49,061 nucleotides of DNA from Intoshia linei (GCA_001642005.1 LWCA01000130.1:1-49061), one strand, 5' to 3'; positions 13,515 to 27,688 are shown, counted from the first letter of the stretch. Notes: generated from the sequence alone by a model not told the origin. Numbers and translations are program-made.

Positions 13515-15250
13515 TCAAATGGCTAATTTACTTTTAATTATGATTTTACCTAAACTGTTATGTTGAATTACCTACTTTCACAAATTGAATGACTGCTAGC
13601 TGATATTTTCTATTGTAATCAGTTGACCCATCAACTGGAAAAAACACATTATAGACAATTATATACAGTCAAATATGTACTAGGTGAACAGGAGGGTTGC
13701 AGTTTTCTAATTTTCACATAGTACAGGATCGCATCATTTTTAATCGTGTTTAGGACCGTGATGTAAAACTTTCTATTTCTACTTTCATGATTGGGCTGTA
13801 GGATGGACATAATTTCAATATTTTTGAATTTCTGATAGGCCATGAGCCAAATTTTTTCGTTTTGATTAACAAACATATTATCCACAATCTCAACAAAATT
13901 CAAAAAGTTGATAGGGGTGCTCAAGGGTACAGCATATCAAAGTATTATTTAAACATACAGAGTAAGAATATTATATACTCATATAATCAAATTAATTATA
14001 GGAAAGCCGAATAAGGTTCAATTAATATTTTTACATTTTTAAAGTTTCTGCATGTCGGCACAACGTTATCCATCAATACAAGAGGTCTTTTGGATGTCTC
14101 ATTGTTGAAAGATATATCCATAAACTGTATGGTTTTATTCCAAAGTTTCATTAGACAACAATACGCTTTGTGATATTACAGGCCTAAACAGTATTCAAGT
14201 GGTTCCCCCAAAGCTATTTTCTGATAACGACCTGTAAACCAACAATTAATAGGTATATAGATATAAGATGAAATTACACTCTTCGATCATAATTTCTGTC
14301 CTATCCAAATTTAGGATGAAAGCTTTGAGGCAGTATATGCTTCTAGAATTGCACCTAGCATTAAATATATTGCATGGTTTCACGAAATTTATTTTTGGAG
14401 CGGAATTATATTTTCTAAGAGTTCTATAACAGTTCACCAATTCATATAATTTATTATAATCATTTATCTACTGTCCATTTATAGTAGCTTCATATTCAAT
14501 ATTAATTGTCGCAATATAATTGTTGTATAGAGAAGAATAATTATTACAAATCGTGTTAACAAAAGAATAATAAATATTAGGAGATGCAGTTCTGTATCCA
14601 AATATTTGATTGAACACATGCTTTAAAATCAAATCTAGGACATGAAACCTACATACTTCATATTCTGTGCCTTTGTGCAACAACTCCATTGATGCTTCCT
14701 GGATTTGTTGCAGTGGTATCACATATGATAAGTATAATCCTGAATAAAATATTGTATTTTATAATCTTTTTTGGAATTTTCAGAGTTCGAAGAGCTATCA
14801 TCTTAGAAAATTCATCTGATGTGAGACACACCGATAAAAACTCCACAATATTATTATCATAGCCACGACCCCTTTTTCTGTCAAATTAAAGACAGAAATC
14901 ATTCCTGAAGCTATCAATGTCTATTTTAATTTTATTGCTGCAACGTCCAATTTCTTCGTTTAATGCACTAATACAGTTTTTCTTGAAGGAATGGCATAAT
15001 TGGAGATAGTTTTTAAAATCTTTTGCATTTTCGCGTAGAAAACACAATTCTTCAGCATGATAACACATTAATTCTTCATTTGTGTGTGATATATCGAATA
15101 ATTTATCAATGATATTAATGCAATTTTCTTCACGGAGTATTTGAGACTTGGATCATCTATTTTTATTTTTTTAATACTCCATAGAGTTCGCATGCCTTTG
15201 ATTTGTTTTCTATGTTTAATCGGAATGCTAATAGTACAAATTACAAATCC
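13515..15250 (-). CDS. Uncharacterised multi-exon protein (5' end uncertain)
   Basis: Chain of minus-strand ORF segments (14886-15068, 14658-14846, 14468-14722, 14246-14440, 13649-13924) separated by short intron-like gaps. The last two exons splice in frame to ...VIQFVKVGKIIIKSKLAI* at 13515. No recognised domain. Confidence 0.55.
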
Positions 15251-15689
15251 ATAACTTTAATTACAGTTAAATCAACAATTTCAGATTATTAATAGGTTAT
15301 TAATAATAACTTATTATTAACATGAAAAAAATAAGCCTTCAATGCATATATCATTGTTGAAAAATTATAACAAGCAAATTCTTGCATAAAATAACCTATT
15401 AACCATATATTGCCTTTCGATCTTGATGGTAACATTTTAATTAAATTTTTAGATGTAAATTGATAATAAAAATATCAATTTGGCATACACATACATATGA
15501 ATGCTACAAATATAATTATTGATTGTTTTTTTTGGAAAATATTACGATAACATTTTATTATAATCATAATGTTCACCAAACTCAATTAAATTCAACTTTT
15601 AGTGTATTTCCCACCCTTGAGTACTACTATAACATTATGGTGGATTTGTAAAATTTCGTACAGTTATAGTATATTTAAAAACAGTTGTA

Positions 15690-15830
15690 TAATTTAAAAA
15701 ACCCAACTTTTAATACAGTTTTTCGTAGGGATCTATTTTTCAGTTTCCGAATTTGAGTCCTTTAGAGTAAAAAACCCAATTTACCCTTTTGTTTAAAAAT
15801 CAATAACATTGTTTAATAATATATTATACA
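15690..15830. repeat. Partial copy of the foldback element at about 38937-39575
   Basis: Shares aatttaaaaaacccaa...cagtttccgaatttgagtcctt...caattt.c.cttttgt with 38970-39085. Confidence 0.65.
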
Positions 15831-16048
15831 CATTTTTACTTGATACAAACAGCACCTAGCTCTGACGAGGGCCGACATTTTTAATTCTACCATAAAAATA
15901 AAATCTTACATAAAAAAGCTACAATTCACTATTACGAATATTTTAAAGAAATTTTTATTTTTCAACTTATTTTATTCTAGGACCATTGATGATATCAAAT
16001 TTTATTCTATATTTGTGTTACAATGATTTACATAATAATTAAATATTG

Positions 16049-18576
16049 CTAATCAGATTCTTTCATGCAATCGGTCATTTTTTCGGACATATCAGTTGAA
16101 GTTTTTTTCAAATATTTTGGAATGTCATAATAATCCATTGACATTGATCTATTTTTGCTGAAACTAGGCCGATGTCTCAACGGAGCTGATGCAACTAATC
16201 ATAATAAATATAATATACCAAAAATAGTTAATTAATTACTAAATCCTATCCCTTGTAGTAAATATTGCAATGACTCTGTCACTTTTTTAGGCTAATATTT
16301 ATGAAACATTAGTAATATATATGAAATACATATATTATATATTATGGAATACACATTGTATAATTATAATATATTATAATATACAATGTATATGTATTTA
16401 TATAAATACAATATTGATTTTAACCTGTTCACGGAGAGGGTTAGATATACCATCTAGATCCAAAAATTCTACAACAGATTTGTCGCTACTGTGCTTTAAA
16501 AGTTTAATATAAAATTTTTCTGCTTGATCATTATGTAGTGAATTCTTTCCTGTGATGAGCAGGATCGGATGTCTAAACTAAATTAAAACTTTTTTCATAA
16601 AATGTATTACGTTATTTTGTTAACTATTGCTATACTTGTCCTTCTAAAATTATTATATGTATATCAGCACATTTATGTGGTCTTACCCATCGATTTTGTG
16701 ATCGGAAACATTTTTATGGTTCATTGTACAATGTACATGTGGTAAAGTAAACTCTCGAAAAGTGACCACTTTTATGGAGGTGGTAAATTTTTTGACTAAT
16801 GTTAAAATTACAATATTACGATAGTTATGGTAATGAAATAAGAAAGAAAAAATATACAAAGTGAAAATTTATATAAAATACAAAAAAAATTTTTTTTTGG
16901 GTGAATTCGAAATTCAATTGCATCATTCTTATTTATTTTGAAAACAAATACGATCCTACCTAAGCTTAAGCGAAAATGTTATTAGGAAAAAGAATTTGAC
17001 ACCATTGTGGTCATATATACGAAGTGGTCATTTTTCGAGTGTCTACTTAGTAGACTCTACTGTATATTATGTACAATGTATTACCGCATATAAGCGTCGA
17101 TATAATGATTAATGTTTTCATCTTCAATATTTTTTCCATAATTGACTTTATATTCGTCGACTAATGGCTTTAAATCTACCGAAACTCTCTTAATATTTAA
17201 ATTATTAATATCGATATAAAAATTACTTTTCCATATCTATGCGAAACCAAATAATTCATATAATCAGATTTTTTTGGTGTAATCTGTACAAATTGAATTA
17301 TTTCATATCATTATTATTACTTTATCTTTGATATAATCTAAAAAAGAAGAACAATCTGAGTGTGCATTAATAAAACAGCAAGCGTTCACCATATTAGGAT
17401 GGCATATCTAATATGTTATATATTTTAATAATTATAATATTATAACTATATTAATATTACTATTATAATATTATAAGTACAATTATACTTATAATAATTC
17501 ATTTATAAGAAAACTGCACGAATGTAGTAAATTGGATTTCCCACAAACTTTCCTGAACATAACTTAAAATAACATATTTTTTAAATGTTATCTTAATTTT
17601 ATTTATTACCACCCGAGTTAAAATCTACTCTAATCATAGATTGACCTATACATGCGGCTCAAAGTTTCTTTTTTTCGATTTAAGGGTCAAGTGACTAATC
17701 TTTTTTAAAAATTAGTTACATATATTATTACTTCAAGAGTTGGTAAATTATATGTTAAGAAAATTCTCGTAATTTTTACAATGTAAAACATTTATTTTAT
17801 GCTCTCATAAACATAAAAAAATAATGATAAATAATTTTTTCCACCTCCGCAGACCATTCGACTTACTTACTATAAATTTTGAATATTTTTAAAAAAAATA
17901 ATGAAAACAATATTTTAATTTTAAATATAATAAACTTTTTTATTTTGAATGGAAATTTTCAGTCATTTTAGCTGAAGGGTTAACAAGTAATGATTACCAT
18001 CAATCTAGACAAAATATTTGCTCCAGCGCCTTCACCAAATAAAACCACACTTTTTATTCTATTAAATTATAAATGCAATTTAGATACTTTACAACTTTTT
18101 CATAAATATATAGTTCATACCTGAAATGTTTTAAAACGTCTATAAGTGATTCAGATAAACTGTGCAACGAAGGATATTCTCTAAGAAAAATTAATATAAA
18201 GCAGAAAAAGTCCACCTGTTCTTTATTGGTTTTGCTCCTTTTTCGTGACCTGGCATATCAACAAAAATAGTAAAAATTCTGTTAGTTATAGGACGCATCG
18301 TTCTTAGCATAAAAAAATCATGCAAGTCTTGGTGATTCGTCCCGACATCGTGAATGGCCAAAATAGTACACCCACTGCTTATTTTCCCCTAGTATATCAT
18401 TAAATATGTACTTACTGTGACTTTACCAATGTTTTGACATTAACGTTAGTCTTAATAGTTTCTGAATACACAGAGGAAACGTTAATTATTAAATCCTTGT
18501 GATACTCTTCTTCGAACTATATCTATATTAATTGTTAATCATAAATAATTACTTTTCTGTCTAAAGCTATATTCAT
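16049..18576 (-). CDS. NDRG-family alpha/beta-hydrolase-fold protein (ZK1073.1-like)
   Basis: Hand-spliced exons give ILAIHDVGTNH, FVDMPGHE, YPSLHSLSE, FGEGAGANILSRL, HPNMVNACCFIN, YLVSHRYGK, HPILLITG, LREQPKKVTESLQYLLQGIG and RSMSMDYDIP, collinear with NDRG motifs. Start ATG at 18576, stop TAG at 16049. Confidence 0.88.
16739..17062. mobile_element. TIR element (probably Tigger/pogo MITE) in an NDRG intron
   Basis: Inverted repeats aagtaaactctcgaaaagtgaccactt (about 16745) and aagtggtcatttttcgagtgtctactt (about 17022). The right end is ...ctactg followed by TA. Confidence 0.55.
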
Positions 18577-21141
18577 TTAATTTTATATTAATTTTAAAAT
18601 TGTAATAAATATTCAGCTAAGGAACAATGACAACAAAATCTAGCTTTATGATTTGTAAAAAATTCTAATATATTCAGTTCTCAATAGATGCGCAATATAT
18701 AATTAGTTTCTGTAATTGCAGTATAACGATATATTTGTTACACATGAGATTAAAACATCAATATTAGAATGGTAATAACTTAACGAAGCCAGTCTCATGT
18801 AAACTGTTCTTATTTAGATTGCTAGACAAATTACATTTCTATGTAGATTGACAGAATTTTTTGGAATTGTTACAAACTGATTATATTATATAGTGTATTC
18901 AACAAAATTGGGTCATTCTAAAGTTGGCAATATTTTTTATTTTTATGCATAACTAGAATTTATTATATTGATTATTTTGAAACAAATAATTGTATATGGA
19001 GATTATTTTACATTGGATTTTTATTTACATTACATTGTTAATAAAGATTCATACAAGTAACAGATGGAATTAAATGCACTAGCAATAAATATACATTGTC
19101 CAAAATTTTAAATTTCACCTTACAAAAAATGTATTAATAATTTATTTTTTTCTTGATAAAATATAATTATTATATAATACGACTACATAATATGAATCAT
19201 AATATTAATATTATACAGTAGCAATTTTTTAAATTTATGTTACACTGATACGACTCACGTTACTGATTTTTAATTTTTATCAAATATCAATCAATATAAA
19301 ATATAGAATATATCAATGTACACCTAGTTAATTAGATTAAAGTGATTAATAATTGTTATAATAACCCAAAATATTATATTGATATTATAATTATACACAT
19401 CGTATTAATATATTATAACCTAGATTATGTTTTAAATTTAGTGTAATTTTAATCAATTTAAATACTAAAATTTTGTAGAGTTCTGCATCGGATCGTGTTG
19501 AGGTGATATGTACGATGAAACAAAAAATTTTTGTCCGAAACACGATTCAATAAATAAAAAATGTATATAACTATATAAATAATAAAATAATAATAATGAT
19601 ATTATATGATGATGAATATGAAATTTTTAAATCTTTAAATTAATTTTAGAATTAAATCTTATAACTAAGTTTTATCTATTAATAATAACTTATCAAGGAA
19701 GTAAGGCTCGATAGGCATGCCGACAGACAATTTGGTTTCCATATTTTCATATAGTGAATGTTAAAGAAAATATTTTTATACAAGCACAGATTTACTTTTT
19801 TTACAAGCGACAAATCATGGTAACCCCTATACAATGTATATGCTAATTAGCTAATATATCATGTATATATATATACTATACATATTAAGGCTGTCGCGTT
19901 AAACTTGCGCGCCGCCGCAACTTCGTATATGTATATATACTATATTATTAAATATTCCAAAATTTATTGTTTATCGTCATTATCACACCTAAACTGCGAG
20001 AATTAATGATTATTAATTAATAATAATACTTAAAAATTATATGCACTTTAAAATTTGTAAAAATACGTGCAACTCATATCAAATTAAAATTCTAGTTTTA
20101 TCATTCGAACCTAATTTTAAAAAATCAATGTTGCACAATGGATACAAAACCATAAAAAATAATATTTCATTTTTAATAGCCAAGATCGAATTATCATAAA
20201 ATATAGACGACTAAAATATCTCATCTATAGTAAAACTGGAAATAAATAAGGGATTTCTTTCTGATATTAACAAGATAGTTAACATTATTTAAATCAGTAA
20301 TTTTGAAACATTTTTGACAGTGAATGACTTATAAAATAAAAAAAATGCGGTAACGTCGTAGGGCGTAAGACATAGGATATGGCGCATATCATTATTAGGT
20401 TATGTAATGTTTTAGGTCCTTGAAGGTCTTCTATGATTAGCAAAACGTATTCTGATAATTTCAAGACAATTCAATGTTACGATTTAATACAAAATTATAA
20501 AGTGAGCGACAACTCGCTCACTCTATAACAAAATAAACTGGTACAACACTACAGGTTATTTTGATAGCCAAGACCATAAATTTGTTAAAAACTTTTTGTA
20601 CAGTTTTTAGGATAACTTAGGGCGACCAAAATTACTTTTTTTTTTAAAAGTACATTTTTGAAATTGTGACATAAATGTACTAATAACATACTAAATAAAG
20701 TTATGAAATACAATATTAATATATTATTATAATAATATTATATAGAATTAGCATCACCACTCAATGCTCTATAAACCGGTCGTAATGTAACATAAAAAGT
20801 GATGTGGGAAATAGACCTAGTAAAATCAATTATAAACTATAAAAATAAGCAGATGTTGATTGTTTGTGAAATTTATTAACAATAACTTTGGATTATGTGT
20901 CATTATGCAGAAAATTTTATAAATTCCAGTAGATATCAAATTCACCAGGCATATCTATAAGTCAGAGTGTTTCAAAGTGTGACCCAATAAAAAACTAACT
21001 TACAACTACTGGAATCATTATAATTATATATGTAAATTAAAATATTATGTAGTGCTAATTACGATGATTCCATATTTGTGGCGTTATTGATATTTTTATT
21101 ATAAATTGGTTTTATTATACGTGTGTGGAATATATGAATAA

Positions 21142-22559
21142 TCAAAATTTAATGGGTTTAATAGGTAGGTAATTGTGTAAATAACAAGTCGTAAATATAT
21201 TTTTTTATATATAATTAATTTGTACGTTTATATTATCTACATTTCTTGTAGAAAAAAACTTTCTGATATTTTCTGAATTATTAATATTATATTATTTTTA
21301 ATTACAAATATTACGTTTATATTGCATTGTATCTCGAAATGTATAATTTTTATACAAAATTATTGAAATGGTTGAAACATTATTTTGGCCATCGAGGGAC
21401 CAAATGTGTACAGATTCAATTGTCATTATTTGTGGCACCTATTTTTGTATTAAAAAGGAGTATTTTTATATTTTTACCTCATTTTTTAATTCACTTTTTA
21501 AGTTGTTTAAATTATATCTGTCTGGTGTCTTCTGCATTAATATTCTGCACGTTTTTCCAACTAAATAATAGTATGTTTTGCTTTATAAATTAAACTTATT
21601 GGAACAGTTCCAATCATCAGTATAATCACTATAATGGAACTAAATATTTAATGTAAATTAATTTATTGTCAATTTACCTGCAGATTGGATCAAAATATTG
21701 AACCCAATCATACTCTAATTTCAACATAATAGTGGCATTGACTATAACCATTATTGAACCCATTATATCACCAATGATGTGTAACAAAACTCCTCTAATG
21801 TTTAAATTTGGATTTACTAATTAAATTTAAAAATTATAAATTTTGATAATTTTTAATTGTAATTTTAAACCTCTATAATTTTTAATAAAATTTGTATATT
21901 TTTTGCAAAAATTCTTCTTAGTTTCATGGGGTTTTGATTCTTTTATGTTTAAAATTGCATCGTTAGTTGAATTAACATATTTTGTGGGGTTGGGCAGTTT
22001 ATCCCAGTAATCTAAAAGTTACTGTATTTATTATTACGTTTAATTTACCATTGTGATTTATTACAAAAAATCCAATAATATTTATTATTAGTCCTAAAAT
22101 AGCAATCCACAAGATTGACGGGAAATCTTTTTTTTGAATGAAATAAACACGTTCCATCTCACTATTATCTTCTCCGTTATAATTTAAAATTTTATATATT
22201 GAGAATATTTTAATAAATATTTCAATCATTATCGTCCAACATAAGGTTATCATAAAAACTGCATTTGTTAGACCTCCCAATATTATCGATCTTGATCTAC
22301 CATAACTGTATTTGATACTTTTTTCTTTAGAAAACTATTTACAAAATGTAATTAATTGCAGTAATGGAAAATTATTTTATATTACCACTAATGCGAATAA
22401 TCCAATACCAAAACCAAATACGTCTCCGAACATGTGATACGCATCTGATATTAATGATATAGTGTTACTGTAATGTCCAAATACTAATTCTACCACGAAA
22501 TATGCCAACGAAAGGAAAATCATTAAAATAAATCCCCATGTTGACCTGGTGCAAAACAT
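21142..22559 (-). CDS. Cation diffusion facilitator zinc exporter, ZnT1/ZnT10 (SLC30)-like
   Basis: VELVFG, SDAYHMFGD (TM2 HxxxD), YSYGRSRSIILGGLTNAVF, NLNIRGVLLHIIGD (TM5), YFDP, ILMQKTP and VHIWSLDG in successive short-intron exons. The 3' end at 21142 is inferred. Confidence 0.85.
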
Positions 22560-24079
22560 TTTAAATCTAGTTTGAAGTATTCATATTTTTTAGTACACAA
22601 CAGATGAATAAATTTCAAAGAAATGAAACCAGCTGCACCTTTCTAATACTAGGATTTTAAACTTTTGCAGGTGTTTTATTTTATTTGAATTTTTTTCGCT
22701 TTTCTGTAGAAAATCTCTAGCTGACCATTTAACAAATGTATTTTTAGTATTCTATTTTCATTTAATATACATTTTACCACAAAGGAATGGCTATGCGAAT
22801 CTACTTTAATTGCAACTTTGAACTAAAGGTTCAATAAAATAAAGAGTAAATTAATTAATAATTAATTATAAATGCATAATACACATTATTAACGACTTTA
22901 CAATGCATTTTTATACACCGAATATTTAACAAGCCAATGCCACTCTTATTGGTATAAAATATAAAAAGACTGATAGCCACATATACAAATGTACTAACTG
23001 AACCATAAAAATGTTACGAAAAGCGCAATGTTACGCAATATGCAAAACATTTTAAAAAAGGAAATGAATAGCGAAGATTGTGGTGGATTAAAAAAGTTTA
23101 AAGCCAGTGATGGATAGATAAGGTCATTCAAACGTAAGTATGATATGTTATATAAAACGTTGTCTGGTACGAAAGCATCATTTAGTCAAAATGATATTGA
23201 TGATTTCTTTCATATTTTCAAAGATAAATTAATTGGGTATGAATTAAAGGACATTTTTAATGCCGATAAAACTGCACTATATTATAAAAAATTGCCTACG
23301 AAAAGCTACATCTTTAGTGCACAGGAATCTACTAAAAAGATTAAAGACAATAAAGATAGAATGACAATTTTACTCAACTGTAGTGCTCTTGGTGAAAAAA
23401 TCAAACCGTTATTCATTGGAAAAAGTGCCAAACCACGGTGTTTCAAGGGATTAAATATGAATGAATAACCTTTATATTATGAAAGTAATTAAACAGCTTA
23501 GATTACAAGTTGAATATTTCAAGATTATATGGATAACACTAGACAACAAAATGAAAACTTTTTTCGAGGATCAGCATGAGACCCATACAAATAAAAAGCT
23601 GAAATTTTGCTGATCAACATGATACTTCTCTTTTTAATTTTACAGTTCGCTATCAAAAGATAATGATTGACAACATCATAGCAACTAAGCTATTTCAATT
23701 AATTTTAGTTTTTTAATTTTAAATTTAATTATAGTATATAATGAGATATTTAAATTTTTTTTTCAATATATATGAAATTGATAGCGGATAATTACATGAT
23801 CACATTTAAATTAAAAAGAAATGAATATTAAACAAATTACAGGTGTACAAAAATTTAACTGATGACAGGCGCTTTAATAGGATGAAGATCTGATATGAGC
23901 TATAATCAACCTTTTAACAATACATTCTAGTGTCTAAATCCAGATTTACGGAATAGATTTAGTTCGATATTTTTAGCTATTGATATTTAAAAAAAATATA
24001 TTAATAAATTTAATTTTTTTTCATTTAATTTATCAGTATACATTGAAACAACTGTTTCTTGAGATAATAATGGCTCGGA

Positions 24080-24450
24080 TGATGAAACTAAATTATATAC
24101 TTCCATTGGAATTGGTAAAGTTGAACTTTTGGTGGCCGGATAAGAGTAAAAGCTTAATTTATTCAGGCTTTATTTTCTTCTTTTCAGAATACAGAAATAG
24201 CAGTCATTCGCACTTTCTGAATGTTTCCATATTCTAGGTGTCACAAATCTCTTTTTAAATCTCATTATAGACGAATGGCACGTTTGATATAGATTTGAAG
24301 GATTTCAAAGTTGATTCTCGTACATTAAACTGTATATTTCCATTATCAAATTTTTACATTTATCAGTTATAGTAACATTTTTTAGTGTTTGGCAAATATA
24401 TACCACATCAAAAGCAATAATATGTTTCGTTTATTTCATAGACATGCATT
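24080..24450 (-). pseudogene. N-terminal fragment of a Chapaev-like transposase inserted in the Tigger remnant
   Basis: The minus strand reads YYCF*CGIY...TPRIWKHSESANDCYFC...YSYPATKSSTLPIP, matching the recalled PxIW...DCYFC...YP...P.P motif of Chapaev3-type transposases. Confidence 0.6.
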
Positions 24451-25591
24451 TTAAATTAATAAATAAATATTCAAACTTAAAAAACTTCACCTTTTTTAAA
24501 GTAAACATTATTTTGAATGATATAATTGGTCAATTTTAGAATTGAAGTGAAACTTTGTTATATTTTTTTTAACATTAAAAGTGTTAATAAATGGGTGATA
24601 TGAATTATAACTTATAAATATATTATATCATTAAAATCAGCGCTATATTATCCACAAGATGGTATTATTTTTATGCAGATGTATTTTTCAGTGTTGTCTA
24701 GTGTAATTTAAATTATTTATTTTACAAAACTAATAGAAAGGTTCTTATTTTGATAGACAAGGCTACATGCCATTCTGAAATGAAATTATATAATGCTGAT
24801 ACAATGTTTTTACCTACCAATACAACATCTATGTTACAACTATCAAGGTGTAGTCTGGTCGTTTAAGTTTATTTATACACAGATATATATTAGAAATTTG
24901 ATTAACAAAGAAAACCTTAAAATCAAAAATATGAGAGGAATCACTATTCTTGACGACATATTATATTCCGTTGAAACTTGGAATAAAGAAACGATTCAAA
25001 ACTGTTTTAAAAAACAGATGTTATTAATGTGGAAAATTACCAATCCAACACTTAGTCAAATACGATCGTATCAGAATAGGAAATGTTGAGTCTATAGTTA
25101 ACAGAACTTAACTCGTATAACTATAATGTAACTATTTGATTTGAAAGATGCTGAACAATATAGCGATAATTACAATTTTGATGGGTTAGAATTTTTAATT
25201 GATAAAGAATTTGAATAAAATAGCCAGGAATTTACAAATATGGACGAATTATCAAGTAAAACCATTTGGAATTCGGAAGATGATATCACAAATTCTGACT
25301 ATATTAGGTATACGGTATTAATTGATCAACTAAAATCGATGATATCAAAAATATGTCCGAATAGTTTAATTAATATTTACTCGATAGAAAATGAATTTCA
25401 CGAAAAACTATCAAAGAAGAAAAGACAAATAAAAATATTTGAACATTAAGTTTTGTATAAAAAATAATAAATTTTTGTGAATTTATTAGAAATGAAATGA
25501 AAATAAAAAAAATTTATTATTTGAACGTATAGCACATTATTTATAAAAAACTTGTTAAAAACAATGTTTTTACAAAAAAATTCCTCGTTAA

Positions 25592-25801
25592 CCCTTTCAG
25601 TCTGATGCAATTTTATGTACTATCACCACACGTCTGGAATTTATTTTTTAATTTATACTTGTATTATTTTTAAATTACCTATGTGAAAATGTATGAAAAT
25701 AAAAAAATGGTCTTTCAAAATTATGCTGTGTATATCATAGAATACAGACATGTTAAGTGAAATTGCTGTGTATAGTATAGAATACACAGACAGTGAAACG
25801 G
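25592..25801. mobile_element. piggyBac-like MITE
   Basis: TTAA at 25588-25591 and 25802-25805. Ends ccctttcagtctg / cagacagtgaaacgg. Removing it restores ttcctcgttaacgaaat, an inverted copy of the Tigger TIR. Confidence 0.65.
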
Positions 25802-26408
25802 TTAACGAAATGGGATTTTTTTTCAGGACCAAAAATTTCGTTAACGAGGAATTAGCCTGTATTTATTCTACAATTTCAAAAAAAATGTGCATTGAACGTC
25901 TACACAATTTCAATGATGAAATATGGGTGAAAATCTCATAAATTGATTCCTTTGGATTTTTTGTCATTGCTCGCAATTTTTCATTTTCAAAAAGTTAATC
26001 ACTCTTAAATTAATCAATCATTCTAACATAACATAACCATAACACTATTACATTATATGAAGTTGAGCCTCTTTATAACTATCCCACTCTGTCTGAAAAT
26101 TCTGGATCCGCTACTAATCCCAATACCCATTTGGGAACCGCTGCATTATATAAATTGATGGACCAGATTCTTTATAACAATTAAGGAAATGAATAGTGAA
26201 TAATAAAAATAAAATATATTCCAACTTCTTTCAATATAAATTTGAATCAATATTAGCAGAAAACTATGTACAAAGTTAAATACGAAATTATACCTCGATA
26301 TTATTTAAATTGTAGTAAGGCATATATTTTTGAATTTAAATAAAAAGATTTATAAATTTAATAAATCTTGACAAACAGAAAATAATTAAGTTAGGTAAGG
26401 TTGGCAAT

Positions 26409-26792
26409 TTATACAGACGAAGATGATCCGTAGTCTGGATCGTTAGCATTTGTATTTTGGTGTTTAACGGGCTGAGCAGTATTATTTCGTCTGTATAAAA
26501 ATACAACAGCCAACAATAATAGCATCATTGCTCCAATAAACAATTGCATTACAGAATTAGCATTTTCGTGTAGTGATTGTGACGATGAATTACCTGAAAT
26601 TAAAATAGAATAATAAAATATATGTAATAAATAAAATAAAATTGTACTAGTAAGGCATTCATTATTGTTACATACAGTTTCAGTGGACCCAATCTAAATA
26701 TCGATGTAAAACTCTACTTAATAAATTACCATATTCATTAGACGAGCCATCGCATTTTCGTAAATCCATACACACTCACAATTATCTGACAT
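26409..26792 (-). CDS. SMIM14: Small integral membrane protein 14 (3 exons)
   Basis: Spliced MSDNCECVWIYENAMARLMNMIGSTETVCNNNECL...LFIGAMMLLLLAVVFLYRR...* matches the SMIM14 signature CECxxxxExAMxRLxN...CxxxEC plus one TM helix. Not in the ORF track. Confidence 0.85.
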
Positions 26793-27688
26793 GTGAAAAT
26801 TTTAAATTCCGACGAGTGAAGTAAACGTAATCAGGTAAACAATTGAATCTAATGTATCCAATAGAAAATAAGCACGTAATACCAAGTATCTATGTATTTA
26901 TAGTTTAATTAGAACAGCGATTTTTAAATACAAGAATTTCAATTAATTTAATAGAGCAGAATTTATGTAGCTTGGTTACAGTTCCATTCTTAAAGTGTAA
27001 CAAATGTTTACAGATATAAACTGACTACTTGTAGTAGCCTTCCTAGACAGTTGTAAATTATGCTGCCTGCTTAAATTACAATCACTCCTTTCATATCGAT
27101 TTTTTGACATTTGCATGACACGAAATTATTGAGATTAAACAAAAAAATTTTCCCTTCCCAACATTTGTTATTAAAAAGACCGAATTACGGGATTTCAAAA
27201 ATAAAATTATCGCCTGGCTATGATATAAACACTATCTACTAATGACGCCCAGTTGTTAAAATGCATAATAGTGACTAGGCAGCAGACACTCATTAAGATC
27301 AAAACATAAATTAGAATCATGTAGTGACAATCATAGGCAGACGACTTAAAACAATGACAAAAATAGACACTCAAATAAGTCTAACTTGGCTGCAACCAAT
27401 GCAGCCTATTTGTTTGTAACTAATACAATATTGTGTGACAGCTTTTATTGTTATGGATATACGTCAGCTGCCTTCAATACAAGCCACATTCTGAATTGTA
27501 TAGTTGATTTTCTCCTGTCGACAATATTTATATTTTACGATGAAAACTTGTTTTTCAAAATATATCATTGTAAGCTCACTAGTCAAAATATTAATGTTAT
27601 ATTATCCTGAATAATCCAAAACACACGTATATTCAATTTATTAACCCTTTTCTTTTAAAATTGACACCTGTGTGAAAGAAGATCATAT

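Larger units (their letters stand above)
23040..25859 (+). mobile_element. Decayed Tigger/pogo (TIGD-like DDE_1) transposon, interrupted by two insertions
   Basis: 23145-23560 reads IFNADKTALYYK...KDRMTILLNCSALGEKIKPLFIGKSAKPRCFK with downstream stops. It resumes at about 24730 with LILIDKATCH...FLPTNTTSMLQ...WNKETIQNCFKK. Right TIR ...ttcgttaacgaggaattagcctg|TA ends at 25859. The left TIR was not found. Confidence 0.8.
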
